Virus record (IMG/VR): IMGVR_UViG_3300032255_000016
Location: 1-30,577 of that record
Length of the DNA: 30,577 nt
DNA from: a virus
Taxonomy: Duplodnaviria; Caudoviricetes
Direction: 5' to 3' (one strand)
The position numbers and the translations under genes were made by a program. Numbering within the stretch: the first letter of the stretch is position 1; each line of letters opens with the position of its first letter. The notes under the pieces are model-generated. The model was not told the origin of the DNA. It saw only the letters and a program-made list of their open reading frames with translations, and ran no database searches. Below are positions 1-7,932 of this stretch, one piece after another.

Positions 1-112
1 CCGCCCATTCAAGAGCGTTGACCCCGCCCCAATGACTCCCCGCAACAAACCCGCTGAACCCGATGACATATACCGCCATGAACATTTCTGCGGTTTTGCG
101 AAGAGGTATCAT
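1..112 (-). CDS. Partial ORF (runs off window start), N-terminal hydrophobic segment; possible holin/membrane protein
   Basis: ATG at 112 overlaps the TGA of 109..567 (ATGA). Reads MIPLRKTAEMFMAVYVIGFSGFVAGSHWGGVNALEWA... with no stop before the window edge. Lies after the tail fibre genes, where lysis genes often sit. Confidence 0.5.
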   Translation of the reverse strand, partial: MIPLRKTAEMFMAVYVIGFSGFVAGSHWGGVNALEWA

Positions 113-567
113 TTCTCGCTCCACCCAAACAGCGCATCAATCTGTCCATCAGTTACTCGCGTGACGGCTTGAACAGCCTTAAGTAGCGGCGCATTCCGGC
201 GGATTTCAGTTACCGCAGCCCATTCGATTTTCGCCTCTGTCACCCGATCCGCCGCCATGCCCGTGAGTGCCTTGTCGAAAGCCGCAGGCCACTCTCCTTT
301 GGCAGCGATAACTGCATCATCCGCGCTGAGTAGACCGGCACGGAAACAGGCGATGCAGAAATTGCGCCGGGATAGGACGGCACTCGCCCGCCACAGATCA
401 AGCTGGTCTGGCGGGGCGGGCGGAGCAAAGGCCGAACCGTCATATGACCACCCAATATCCGCCCTGCCACTCGCCACCCAATCCTGAAATCCATCGGGAA
501 TGTTCAAAGGGTCAAGGGTGGTAACATTGACCACGGTTCCTTCAACTATGCGCGCATATCTTTCCAT
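109..567 (-). CDS. Tail fibre-associated/assembly chaperone-like protein (152 aa)
   Basis: Directly downstream of the tail fibre. N-terminal YARIVEGTVVN...ADIGWSYDGSAFAPP and C-terminal EWAAVTEIRRNAPLL...QIDALF resemble proteins encoded after Gly-rich fibres. AGGA SD upstream. Confidence 0.6.
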   Translation of the reverse strand: MERYARIVEGTVVNVTTLDPLNIPDGFQDWVASGRADIGWSYDGSAFAPPAPPDQLDLWRASAVLSRRNFCIACFRAGLLSADDAVIAAKGEWPAAFDKALTGMAADRVTEAKIEWAAVTEIRRNAPLLKAVQAVTRVTDGQIDALFGWSEK

Positions 568-579
568 GATAATATCCTC

Positions 580-2712
580 TTAGATAACGTAAACAGTCAC
601 ACGGCCATCTCCACCATCGCCAGCATTCGCTATTTCTGACCCGCCGCCGCCACCGCCGGGTTGCGATCCCGCCACTGCCGCCGTTGCGTCAGACCCACCG
701 CCGCCACCACCGCCGCCGAGCGCTGAAACGCCGCCCTGAATGGACGAGCCACCGGCACCAGTAGCGGCAGCGCCTCCACCACCGCCACCACCGCCCATAA
801 CGGCGTCGCCCCCTTGTCCTGATGTCGTGGCTGCAACTGATCCCATGCCCCTGCCGCCACCGCCGCCGGATAGGGCGATGGTTGGTTTTGAACCATCGCT
901 GCTGCCCGCTGTGGCGTCCATCCCGCCAGCAGTACCACCGACAGATGTGGAACCAATGCCACCGGCACCAATTACACTGCCACCGCCACCACCGCCGCCC
1001 CAACTGGTTGTGTTTCCGAAGCCGCCGCCGCCACCGTAGACAATAAGGTCGGAGCCAAGCGACGACGATCCGCCGGACCCACCATCCACATTGTCAGACG
1101 TAGCGCCCAGTCCACCAGCCCCGATGGTTACGGTCTCGGTAGAACCGAGCGCTGACAGGGGGACTATAAACTCGTGGCCGCCGCCGCCGCCGCCGCCGCC
1201 GCCACCGTCACCGGAGCCTGCACGACCTCCACCACCGCCAGCGCCCCAGATATGAATAATGGCCAGAGTGCCGCTGGCAGGTTTCGTCCACGTGCCTGAT
1301 GCGTCAAATGTCTGCGTGTCAGAAACGCCGCCCCCCGCAGCAGCGGCCCACGAAGGCAACCCGGAAGCAACCGTCAGAACCTCGTCTGTGGAGCCAACCG
1401 CAAGCCGGGCAAAAGCGCCGCCCGCCGTCCGGTAGTAAATGTCCCCCGTGGCATCGGAAGCGACGTTGACAATGGGGCTGGTCAGGGTCTTGTTCGTCAG
1501 TGTCTGCGCGTCGGTCGTGCCGACAACAGTTCCGGTCGGAACCGTCTCACCCGCCCACGCCGTCAGGTTGGCATTGTATGCTTGAACATCCGTGCCAATT
1601 TCAAGGCTCAGGTCTGCCTTGACCTCTGCGTAGCTCCTGCCTTCAATCGTATCAGCGTCAGTGAATCGCGCAAAATCAAGCGCGACAGGGGTGCCGAATG
1701 TGTCAACCGTTCCGGAAGCCCCCGCCGGGGTCGCCCACGTGCCATCACCCCGCCAAAAAGTTGTTGCGGACGCGCTAGTGCCGCTGTTTAAATTCCCGAT
1801 CGGAAGGTTGCCGGTGACGTCTGCCGCAAGGTCCACAGAGCCGAGCGTCAGTTCTTGGCCAGCGATTGTGATGTAGTCCAGCCCCGCCGCAATTGTCACG
1901 TCTGTGCTGTTGTCGGTCCCTGCGGGGTCAATGCCCGCTTCTGCCAGGGTCTGATTAATCCACGCGCTGCCGTTCCACTTGAGCAGTTCGCCCGCCGCCA
2001 CTGTAGTAATAGTCACGTCAGACAGGTCAGAAAGCGTTTCACCGGTAATGCCGGTCAGGTATGAACCCAGATCCGAAATGTCGCTTTCCGTGATCGGATC
2101 GACAGTAATGACCTGCCCTGCAATTGAGATATAAGTCCCTGTGCCTGATAGCGTGACGTCTGTTGAGTTGTCGGTTCCGGCTGCATCGACGCCAAGCGTC
2201 GTTCGGGCGGCAGACGCTGACAAGTCGTCCACAAGGCTTGCACCGAAAGCACTGATTGTTGTGCTGGCCGGCAAGACAAGCGTTTTAATGTTCGCATCGA
2301 CCTCGCTATCCATCAGCGCGCCTGCTGCTGTTACGTTGGCCGTGTCAGTCACGTCCGCAGATGCCTCGATCCCATCCAACTTGGTCTTGTCGCCGTCCGC
2401 GAAAGCACCCTCAGAAGGAACGCTTTGAAAATCAACGTCTGCCGTGGCTGTGGTGTATGCACCATCAGCGGTGCGTTCCATAATGCCGTTGGTTGAAAAA
2501 TCGGAATCCATTATCGCGCCAACAGCAGCGACTTGGGCGGCTGTTGGCCCAACATAGGATAAACTTGCGTAAGCTGTAGCCCCGTCGCCAATCTTCACAG
2601 CGCCAGTGTCAGTTTCAACGACGATTTCACCTGCCGCGTAGACCGCATTTTCGGAAGCAAGGTTCGCCGCCGTATCACGGCGTTGTTGCATGATTGCATT
2701 GACGGACACCAT
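580..2712 (-). CDS. Tail fibre / receptor-binding protein (~710 aa) with Mtd_N-like N-terminus and Gly-rich C-terminal domain
   Basis: Start placed at ATG 2712 (TAATG overlap). N-terminal QQRRDTAANLASENAVYAAGEIVVETDTGAVKIGDG motif. Fibre motifs DKTKLDGIE and TQTLTNKTLTSP, two AGTDNSTDVT repeats, C-terminal TFDASGTWTKP...GAGGGGG...GGDGRVTV. Confidence 0.85.
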   Translation of the reverse strand: MVSVNAIMQQRRDTAANLASENAVYAAGEIVVETDTGAVKIGDGATAYASLSYVGPTAAQVAAVGAIMDSDFSTNGIMERTADGAYTTATADVDFQSVPSEGAFADGDKTKLDGIEASADVTDTANVTAAGALMDSEVDANIKTLVLPASTTISAFGASLVDDLSASAARTTLGVDAAGTDNSTDVTLSGTGTYISIAGQVITVDPITESDISDLGSYLTGITGETLSDLSDVTITTVAAGELLKWNGSAWINQTLAEAGIDPAGTDNSTDVTIAAGLDYITIAGQELTLGSVDLAADVTGNLPIGNLNSGTSASATTFWRGDGTWATPAGASGTVDTFGTPVALDFARFTDADTIEGRSYAEVKADLSLEIGTDVQAYNANLTAWAGETVPTGTVVGTTDAQTLTNKTLTSPIVNVASDATGDIYYRTAGGAFARLAVGSTDEVLTVASGLPSWAAAAGGGVSDTQTFDASGTWTKPASGTLAIIHIWGAGGGGGRAGSGDGGGGGGGGGGHEFIVPLSALGSTETVTIGAGGLGATSDNVDGGSGGSSSLGSDLIVYGGGGGFGNTTSWGGGGGGGSVIGAGGIGSTSVGGTAGGMDATAGSSDGSKPTIALSGGGGGRGMGSVAATTSGQGGDAVMGGGGGGGGAAATGAGGSSIQGGVSALGGGGGGGGSDATAAVAGSQPGGGGGGSEIANAGDGGDGRVTVYVI

Positions 2713-2996
2713 TAGAATGTTCCCTTCCAAACTCGGAGCGCATCGACGTCACCACTCAGAAGTTTGCGCCGGATTACATCCTTTGCCGCCGGATCGTTCC
2801 ATTTCAGCCCTGCCTCTTTCAGCCAATCTGAAACAAGGTTCATAGGTATTCGCCCAATAAGGCGGTTTTCACCGGTCTGGCCGAGGCCCGCGCTGCGAAT
2901 CGCGGCGGCATCATCAAGCGCGTGTTGGTTGTCGAACGTTCGGGCGTGGATAATCTTGCCGTCATCCTCGAAAAACTTTTCTGCTGTTTTCATCAT
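2712..2996 (-). CDS. Small conserved phage protein (~94 aa), head-module associated
   Basis: GGGGG SD-like sequence before ATG 2996/2993. Contains IGRIPMNLVSDWLKE...LRVWKGTF, a type of small ORF I recall following podovirus capsid genes. Confidence 0.6.
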   Translation of the reverse strand: MMKTAEKFFEDDGKIIHARTFDNQHALDDAAAIRSAGLGQTGENRLIGRIPMNLVSDWLKEAGLKWNDPAAKDVIRRKLLSGDVDALRVWKGTF

Positions 2997-3003
2997 TACC
3001 CCC

Positions 3004-3032
3004 AAAGAAATGGGCACCCCAAAGGGATGCCC
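3004..3032 (-). terminator. Rho-independent terminator-like hairpin after 3062..3499
   Basis: Minus strand GGGCATCCC-TTT-GGGGTGCCC (9 bp, one G-U) followed by ATTTCTTT. Confidence 0.65.
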
Positions 3033-3061
3033 TGTTTTCGCTGTTCGATTGCCAAAAGGCG

Positions 3062-3499
3062 TTAGGAAACAGCCGCCGAGAACGGATCGGCCTCAACCCC
3101 GGTCGAAACCAGAAATCCCTCAACGCTCCAAATGCCGGATGCGACATCCTGAAAGCGCAAGAGCGAACCCTTCACGCCGCCTTTCGTGGTGCCGTTCAGC
3201 GTTATGGTGTCCGCCGTGCCGCCTGCCAGCATAACAACGCCAGCGATGTCGGTTGCGATAGCCACGCCGCCCTGCATGATATCCGTGGTCGTGACCTGAA
3301 TCACCAGGTCGCCGGTTTTGGTAATGGCAACGAAAAACCGATATTCATTGCCGGACCCGGTTGCCGCAGGGAGTGTTGCAGTTTGCGTGGCCGCAAGGTT
3401 TGATTTGATCGTCATCCCGGCATGGGCCGCTGCATTGACGGCAAGTGTTGCAGCCGTCCAGTCGGTCACACCGTAGTTCGATTTGTATGGAGAAGGCAT
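3062..3499 (-). CDS. Putative capsid decoration/minor head protein (145 aa)
   Basis: Immediately after the major capsid gene, flanked by two terminators. Thr/Ala/Gly-rich, beta-type composition (TATLPAATGSGNEYRFFV). Function inferred from position. Confidence 0.55.
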   Translation of the reverse strand: MPSPYKSNYGVTDWTAATLAVNAAAHAGMTIKSNLAATQTATLPAATGSGNEYRFFVAITKTGDLVIQVTTTDIMQGGVAIATDIAGVVMLAGGTADTITLNGTTKGGVKGSLLRFQDVASGIWSVEGFLVSTGVEADPFSAAVS

Positions 3500-3524
3500 T
3501 GTGCGCCCCTTTCAATTTGAGGTG

Positions 3525-3548
3525 AAAAGGGCGGCCCGAAGGCCGCCC
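3525..3548 (-). terminator. Rho-independent terminator after major capsid gene
   Basis: Minus strand GGGCGGCC-TTCG-GGCCGCCC (perfect 8-bp stem, UUCG tetraloop) followed by TTTT, 6 nt after the capsid stop. Confidence 0.85.
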
Positions 3549-3554
3549 GTGTCA

Positions 3555-4517
3555 TTAGGATGTGGTGTTGTCAAACACCGCAGCGGATGCCTTTTCATTG
3601 GCCGAAACCAGGGTAAGCTCCGTAATGATCTGGCGCTTGTCGCTGTCACCGGTTTTTGCCAGTGCCGTGTTTTTGGTGCCGCGCAGAGTCGCCACCTTCC
3701 ACATATCCGACTGCATGACAAAAACGTCCCGGCCCCGGTTTTCACGCGATGGCATGAATTCAACCGTGCCCCATGGCGTCACATAGACATCCATGTGGTT
3801 AACAACCTCGTTCGAGCCACGCTTTGCGCGAATGGTGGAACGCTGGTTGTTGTTGCCAGTGAAGCCGAGCGCCACATTCATCTGGAAGGCCGACAGATAC
3901 ACCGTATCAGGGCGGCCACCGGACACCCAAGCGCTTTGCAAGGCCGTGTTAAGGCGGGCCTGCGAGAACGCCACCGGAGTGCCGTCATCCGTCCGCGCGT
4001 CGGTGCCGTCGCCGGTCGGGTCCGCACCGCTGCTGCCAGACTCGAATACAGTGTTGGTCAGCATCCATGCCGGAACTCCCGCAAGTTCGCGGGGGGTTGC
4101 GCCGTCACCTGCAACGCGGGCGTTGTTGGCAAAAAGCGCAAGCTCGATATCCAGCTTTTGCTCTTTGGCGATTTTCAGCACCTGTTTTGCCATTTCACTG
4201 CCGCGTCCGGCCTTGTTCAAACCATCATCGGAGCCGGGAATGATCACGGCATCTTTGAAAATCTGAGAATAGTTCCCAAGGCGGCTAGTCGCCGTCCGGG
4301 CAACCGCCACGGTGTCGTCACCCTCGATGTGGGCATTAACAGCAGACGAGCGCAGGGCGTCCGTTTGCCATTCGTGATAGGTATTCGTCGCCTTTGTTTT
4401 GCCGCATTTCGAGTAAAATGGCGCTTCATCTGGTGAAACGTCGTGGATCATGTCCGACAGGTCTTCCCGAATGCCGACCATATCGTAACTGTCGAAAGTG
4501 TTTGTTGGTTGTGCCAT
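3555..4517 (-). CDS. Major capsid protein (DUF5309/SU10-like family, 320 aa)
   Basis: MAQPTNTFDSYDMVGIREDLSD..., HEWQTDAL, RLGNYSQIF, LAKTGDSDKRQIITELTL motifs. Follows the scaffold gene; AAGGA SD. Confidence 0.92.
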   Translation of the reverse strand: MAQPTNTFDSYDMVGIREDLSDMIHDVSPDEAPFYSKCGKTKATNTYHEWQTDALRSSAVNAHIEGDDTVAVARTATSRLGNYSQIFKDAVIIPGSDDGLNKAGRGSEMAKQVLKIAKEQKLDIELALFANNARVAGDGATPRELAGVPAWMLTNTVFESGSSGADPTGDGTDARTDDGTPVAFSQARLNTALQSAWVSGGRPDTVYLSAFQMNVALGFTGNNNQRSTIRAKRGSNEVVNHMDVYVTPWGTVEFMPSRENRGRDVFVMQSDMWKVATLRGTKNTALAKTGDSDKRQIITELTLVSANEKASAAVFDNTTS

Positions 4518-4528
4518 GTGATTTTTCC

Positions 4529-5521
4529 TTAATCAGGCGCAAGCATCAGGGCAATGGCGTCATCGTCACTACCGGTCTGCTTGAGGCGTTTCCTTTGGTC
4601 TTGGCGTTTTGAGTGGTTACTGGTGGTCTTTTTCACGCCGGGTTTAACAACGGGGCGGGCGTCTTTAACCTTTGCCTTTGCCGCAGTTTCCTTGGCTTTG
4701 AGTTCCCGCCACTTGCGCGCGTCATTCAAAACCTGAACTTGACGGGCATCATCAATGCCCGCCACTTCTGTTTCGGTGAAGCCGTATTCAGTCCCCGCCT
4801 TTACAATCGCCCGCTTTGTAGCGTCCGCCTTTTGCGGGTCCGCCAATTCGGGGATTGCCTGAACAAGGGCTTGCTCTTGCTCCGCCCGGAAAGCCGCCAT
4901 TCGCTTCGATTCTGCCGCTTGGTGTTGCTGGTATTGCCGCATCACCGCCTGCTGCTTCGCTTGGAATTGCTGCATGTCTTGCCTGAACTTTGCATCCTGC
5001 CGCATGTATGCGATAGGGTCTGACTCGCTCAATTCAGGCGCAGGGGGTTGTGGTTCCTGCATTCCGGTCTGTTCAATGTTCTGGATCAACGCGGCAAGTT
5101 GCTGCCGCTCTTGAGTCAACGCTTGCCGCTCTGCCTCGGATTGCTTCCGTTGGGCCGCAGTTTCACGCATTCCCTTTTGGATGTGAGATTGCCCGGAATA
5201 GGAGCGCTGCAATTCATCGAGCGTCACCTGCACTTCTTCGCCGTCCACCTTTACGGTGTAGCGTGTCGCAGGTTGCTCAGAACTGGCGTCTTCTTCGCCT
5301 GTCTCGTCATCCTCAGAAACGGATTCGTCGCTGTCCGTTTCATCAGCGTCATCGCCTAGTTCTTCATCGGTATCCGCTGCTTCGGGCTGATCTTCATCAG
5401 GTGCGTCCGCAGTTTCCTCCATTTCAGGTTCGGGATTTGGGGCCTTCGCTTCTGCGGGGGCGAGTAGGCTTTCGGCAAGATCGTCGAAAGTCTTTGGTTC
5501 ACTTGGTTCGGTCGCTGCCAC
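4529..5521 (-). CDS. Capsid scaffolding protein (~330 aa)
   Basis: Start placed at GTG 5521 (GAAGGA SD). Highly acidic N-terminus, YTVKVDGEEVQVTLDELQRSYS motif, coiled coil, basic C-terminus ending RLKQTGSDDDAIALML. Lies between portal and capsid. Confidence 0.88.
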   Translation of the reverse strand: MAATEPSEPKTFDDLAESLLAPAEAKAPNPEPEMEETADAPDEDQPEAADTDEELGDDADETDSDESVSEDDETGEEDASSEQPATRYTVKVDGEEVQVTLDELQRSYSGQSHIQKGMRETAAQRKQSEAERQALTQERQQLAALIQNIEQTGMQEPQPPAPELSESDPIAYMRQDAKFRQDMQQFQAKQQAVMRQYQQHQAAESKRMAAFRAEQEQALVQAIPELADPQKADATKRAIVKAGTEYGFTETEVAGIDDARQVQVLNDARKWRELKAKETAAKAKVKDARPVVKPGVKKTTSNHSKRQDQRKRLKQTGSDDDAIALMLAPD

Positions 5522-5759
5522 GGTGCCGTTCCTTCTGTTTTTCTTCAACCTTCAAGTCCTTTGCGGGTGCTTCTAAGGCCGAAATGATTTTAGTTAATGC
5601 CCGCAGGATTGCGTGCGCTTCCTCGCGGATGGCTACGCCTGCCGACCCGCTATTCTCAAACGCAGTTATTTGCGCTTGACGAACCTCTGTGATGGCGTCC
5701 TGAAACGCCTCGTCTGCCAGAAACCGTTGATTGCGGTTTGCCTTTTGTGCTGTATCCAT
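5499..5759 (-). CDS. Small helical hypothetical protein between portal and scaffold (86 aa)
   Basis: ATG 3 nt after the portal stop. Helical FLADEAFQDAI...REEAHAILRAL pattern; a small ORF is common at this position. Confidence 0.7.
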   Translation of the reverse strand: MDTAQKANRNQRFLADEAFQDAITEVRQAQITAFENSGSAGVAIREEAHAILRALTKIISALEAPAKDLKVEEKQKERHRGSDRTK

Positions 5760-5762
5760 GGG

Positions 5763-7766
5763 TTAGGACCGTGGCTGCCGTTGGAGTGTTTGGATCTGCG
5801 ACACCGGAATTGGCCCGCCGGATTGCTTGGCTGCCTCAACCAAAAGGTCTTGATCCATCTGGTCGCGCTTGCGATCCGCTTCCTCAGCCTTTGCCATGGC
5901 GTCTATCCGCATTTTCTCTCGGGCAATCTGATTGCCGCCCTCGGATTCCGCCAATTGCGCCTGTGCCCGGATCATTTCAGCCTCGGCCAGCGGGTTCTGT
6001 TGCTCTTGCCCCTGTTGGGCCTGCGCTGCCTGTTGCGTCAACATCTGCTCTCTTTCAGGGTCCATCGGCTGGAAATACCTAGCATCGTTTTGAATGCCGC
6101 CGAGTTTCAGAAGGTCAGCCATCGTGTTTCGCATCTGCGTCATCGTGACGAGGCCATTCTGTGGGCCGCCGCCTTGCTGCCATAGCATTTGTTGCCATTG
6201 CAGAGCCTGCATCAGCGTCATGGCCTTTTGTTCCTGCTGACCGGTTCCGAGGCCAACATTAACCGTCATTCCCATACTCGCGTCCCAATCGCCCGGACTA
6301 ACCTGCGTGGGCTGCCCGCTAACCATCATCATGTCGGTGTCAGAAACGTGGTTTATGGCTAGGCGTAAAATAATGCGCGCCAGCCGCGTCATGCCGCCTT
6401 CTGCAAGGTTCCTCGCTATAACCTCGGCCTGCCCCTGTGATGCCTGGATGGTGGCGTTAACACCCGCCGCAGTGGTCGATTGCAGCGCATCCGGGTCCAT
6501 GCCTGTGGATGCGCGGGAAACTCCGGTTTTATTCTCAACCTGCATGTCAAAGTATTGCAGCGCCGGAAGGGTTATGCCCGCCGTGAATGGAACGCTAAAA
6601 GGCATCAGGCTATTTGCCGGGCTGCCCTGAGTTCTAATGACACCGCCGACCTCGTTATTCAGAACATCATCCTGGTTCACGGTGTCCTGATCGAAGGCAA
6701 CGCGCGGAACATTTGTCATCGCCACGTTGTCAATGATGCCGCGTAACATGGATGTGGAAACGTCCTGATCGGATTTGATTAATTCTACCAGAGATCGCCC
6801 GAAAAATGCGTGCGGTTCAGGGTCAATCTCAAATACCGCGAACGGCACATCCTCAACCGGTTCCTTGCGCAAAATCTTGTAACCAGCGCCGCCGCAAAGA
6901 AACGAATGCAAAACCGGATGGCCGGTGCCGTCAATGTCCATCCGCATATAGGCTTCGGTCATCAAGACCTTTTTCATGGACGGGTCGCCTTGGTCGTCGT
7001 TGTCGCTGGATGATTGGCCGGTGCGCTGCTGTTCTTCTTCGTCCTCGCCCTCGGTGCCAAGGCCCTCAATCTCAGACATGCTGAATCCCATGTCCAAAAA
7101 ATCACTCACCCGCTTTTCGGATGCCTGCCCGCATATGTAGAAATCATCCAGCGAACGAGCGCCGTCATCGACAAAGAACTCCTCCGGCGGAATACTTTCA
7201 ACCCGAATATCTCCGTCTGTATCCGTGACACTCAGTTTCATGTCGTGGGTGCCGTCGTCGTTTTCGCTGTGTTCGACAACCTCAATGTCATCTTGCATTA
7301 CAATCGACGTGAATTCCTCCGTCGAAAGGTTTGAAAACGACCGGATTTGCGTGCGGTCTGTTTCCTCGAAATATGCCTTGGCAAACCCAGATTTCTTCAC
7401 CGCAGCATCATGGAAAACGTCCGAAAAAATCCGGTAGAAGTTGTTTTGATCTAGCTTGTAATGCACATATGTTGTGGCGTTTTCAGCATCTTCTGGTGTG
7501 CCTACCTTGCCGGGCAGGAACTCTACTGCTTTCGTTTGCAAGAATGTCCGCATGATTGCAGGCTTTAGAGCGCGAATCGTATCCCGGCATTTGGTGGCCA
7601 CGACTTTTGAGCGGCCAGCCTCTGCGCCGAAGTCAACACCGCCGTTGAAATATAGCTGTGCCTTGACCCGATCTGGCGCGATATCGGCATCAATCCACGC
7701 ACGGGCATCGTCTATGGCGCGCTTGACAATGCCTTGCACCTTGTCATCGCTCATGGGTTTCGCCAT
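5763..7766 (-). CDS. Portal protein (667 aa; P22/SU10-like podoviral portal)
   Basis: GRSKVVATKCRDTI, VESIPPEEFFVD, DPEPHAFFGRS, GMDPDALQSTTA, VNVGLGTG motifs and a Gln-rich C-terminal helical barrel. AAGGGG SD. Confidence 0.92.
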   Translation of the reverse strand: MAKPMSDDKVQGIVKRAIDDARAWIDADIAPDRVKAQLYFNGGVDFGAEAGRSKVVATKCRDTIRALKPAIMRTFLQTKAVEFLPGKVGTPEDAENATTYVHYKLDQNNFYRIFSDVFHDAAVKKSGFAKAYFEETDRTQIRSFSNLSTEEFTSIVMQDDIEVVEHSENDDGTHDMKLSVTDTDGDIRVESIPPEEFFVDDGARSLDDFYICGQASEKRVSDFLDMGFSMSEIEGLGTEGEDEEEQQRTGQSSSDNDDQGDPSMKKVLMTEAYMRMDIDGTGHPVLHSFLCGGAGYKILRKEPVEDVPFAVFEIDPEPHAFFGRSLVELIKSDQDVSTSMLRGIIDNVAMTNVPRVAFDQDTVNQDDVLNNEVGGVIRTQGSPANSLMPFSVPFTAGITLPALQYFDMQVENKTGVSRASTGMDPDALQSTTAAGVNATIQASQGQAEVIARNLAEGGMTRLARIILRLAINHVSDTDMMMVSGQPTQVSPGDWDASMGMTVNVGLGTGQQEQKAMTLMQALQWQQMLWQQGGGPQNGLVTMTQMRNTMADLLKLGGIQNDARYFQPMDPEREQMLTQQAAQAQQGQEQQNPLAEAEMIRAQAQLAESEGGNQIAREKMRIDAMAKAEEADRKRDQMDQDLLVEAAKQSGGPIPVSQIQTLQRQPRS

Positions 7767-7776
7767 GGGTCGCCCC

Positions 7777-7805
7777 TTGTATTAAACAGAAAAACCGCCC
7801 ACATT
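7777..7805 (+). promoter_or_regulatory. Putative sigma70 promoter for the antisense peptide ORF
   Basis: TTGTAT (7777-7782), 17-nt spacer, CACATT (7800-7805). ATG follows 7 nt after the -10. Confidence 0.45.
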
Positions 7806-7812
7806 GGACGGT

Positions 7813-7932
7813 ATGGAGAACGAAAGTTTCATTTCGGTATTTGTTGCATGGGTTCTGACCATGATTTTTGGGTTTGCGCTGTGGGGCCTTTTGTTCGCGT
7901 TCCTTGCCCTACTTATTGCGGTCTTCAATTAA
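7813..7932 (+). CDS. 39-aa hydrophobic membrane peptide on the strand opposite the virion operon
   Basis: MENESFISVFVAWVLTMIFGFALWGLLFAFLALLIAVFN*. Fills most of the intergenic gap; its TAA overlaps the convergent TAA of 7929..9668 (TTAA). Below the ORF-track size cutoff. Confidence 0.7.
   Translation: MENESFISVFVAWVLTMIFGFALWGLLFAFLALLIAVFN

Noticed and set aside
630-1240. CCG/CCA-rich microsatellite-like tract and poly-Pro + strand ORF
   Set aside because: Simply the reverse complement of poly-Gly codons in the tail fibre C-terminal domain.
580-2712. Diversity-generating retroelement target suggested by the Mtd_N-like domain
   Set aside because: No reverse transcriptase and no TR/VR pair with adenine-specific mismatches seen in the window. 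The C-terminus is Gly-rich rather than C-type-lectin-like.
3512-3560. Programmed frameshift/readthrough extending the major capsid protein
   Set aside because: No slippery heptamer seen near the TAA stop, which is followed directly by a terminator hairpin.
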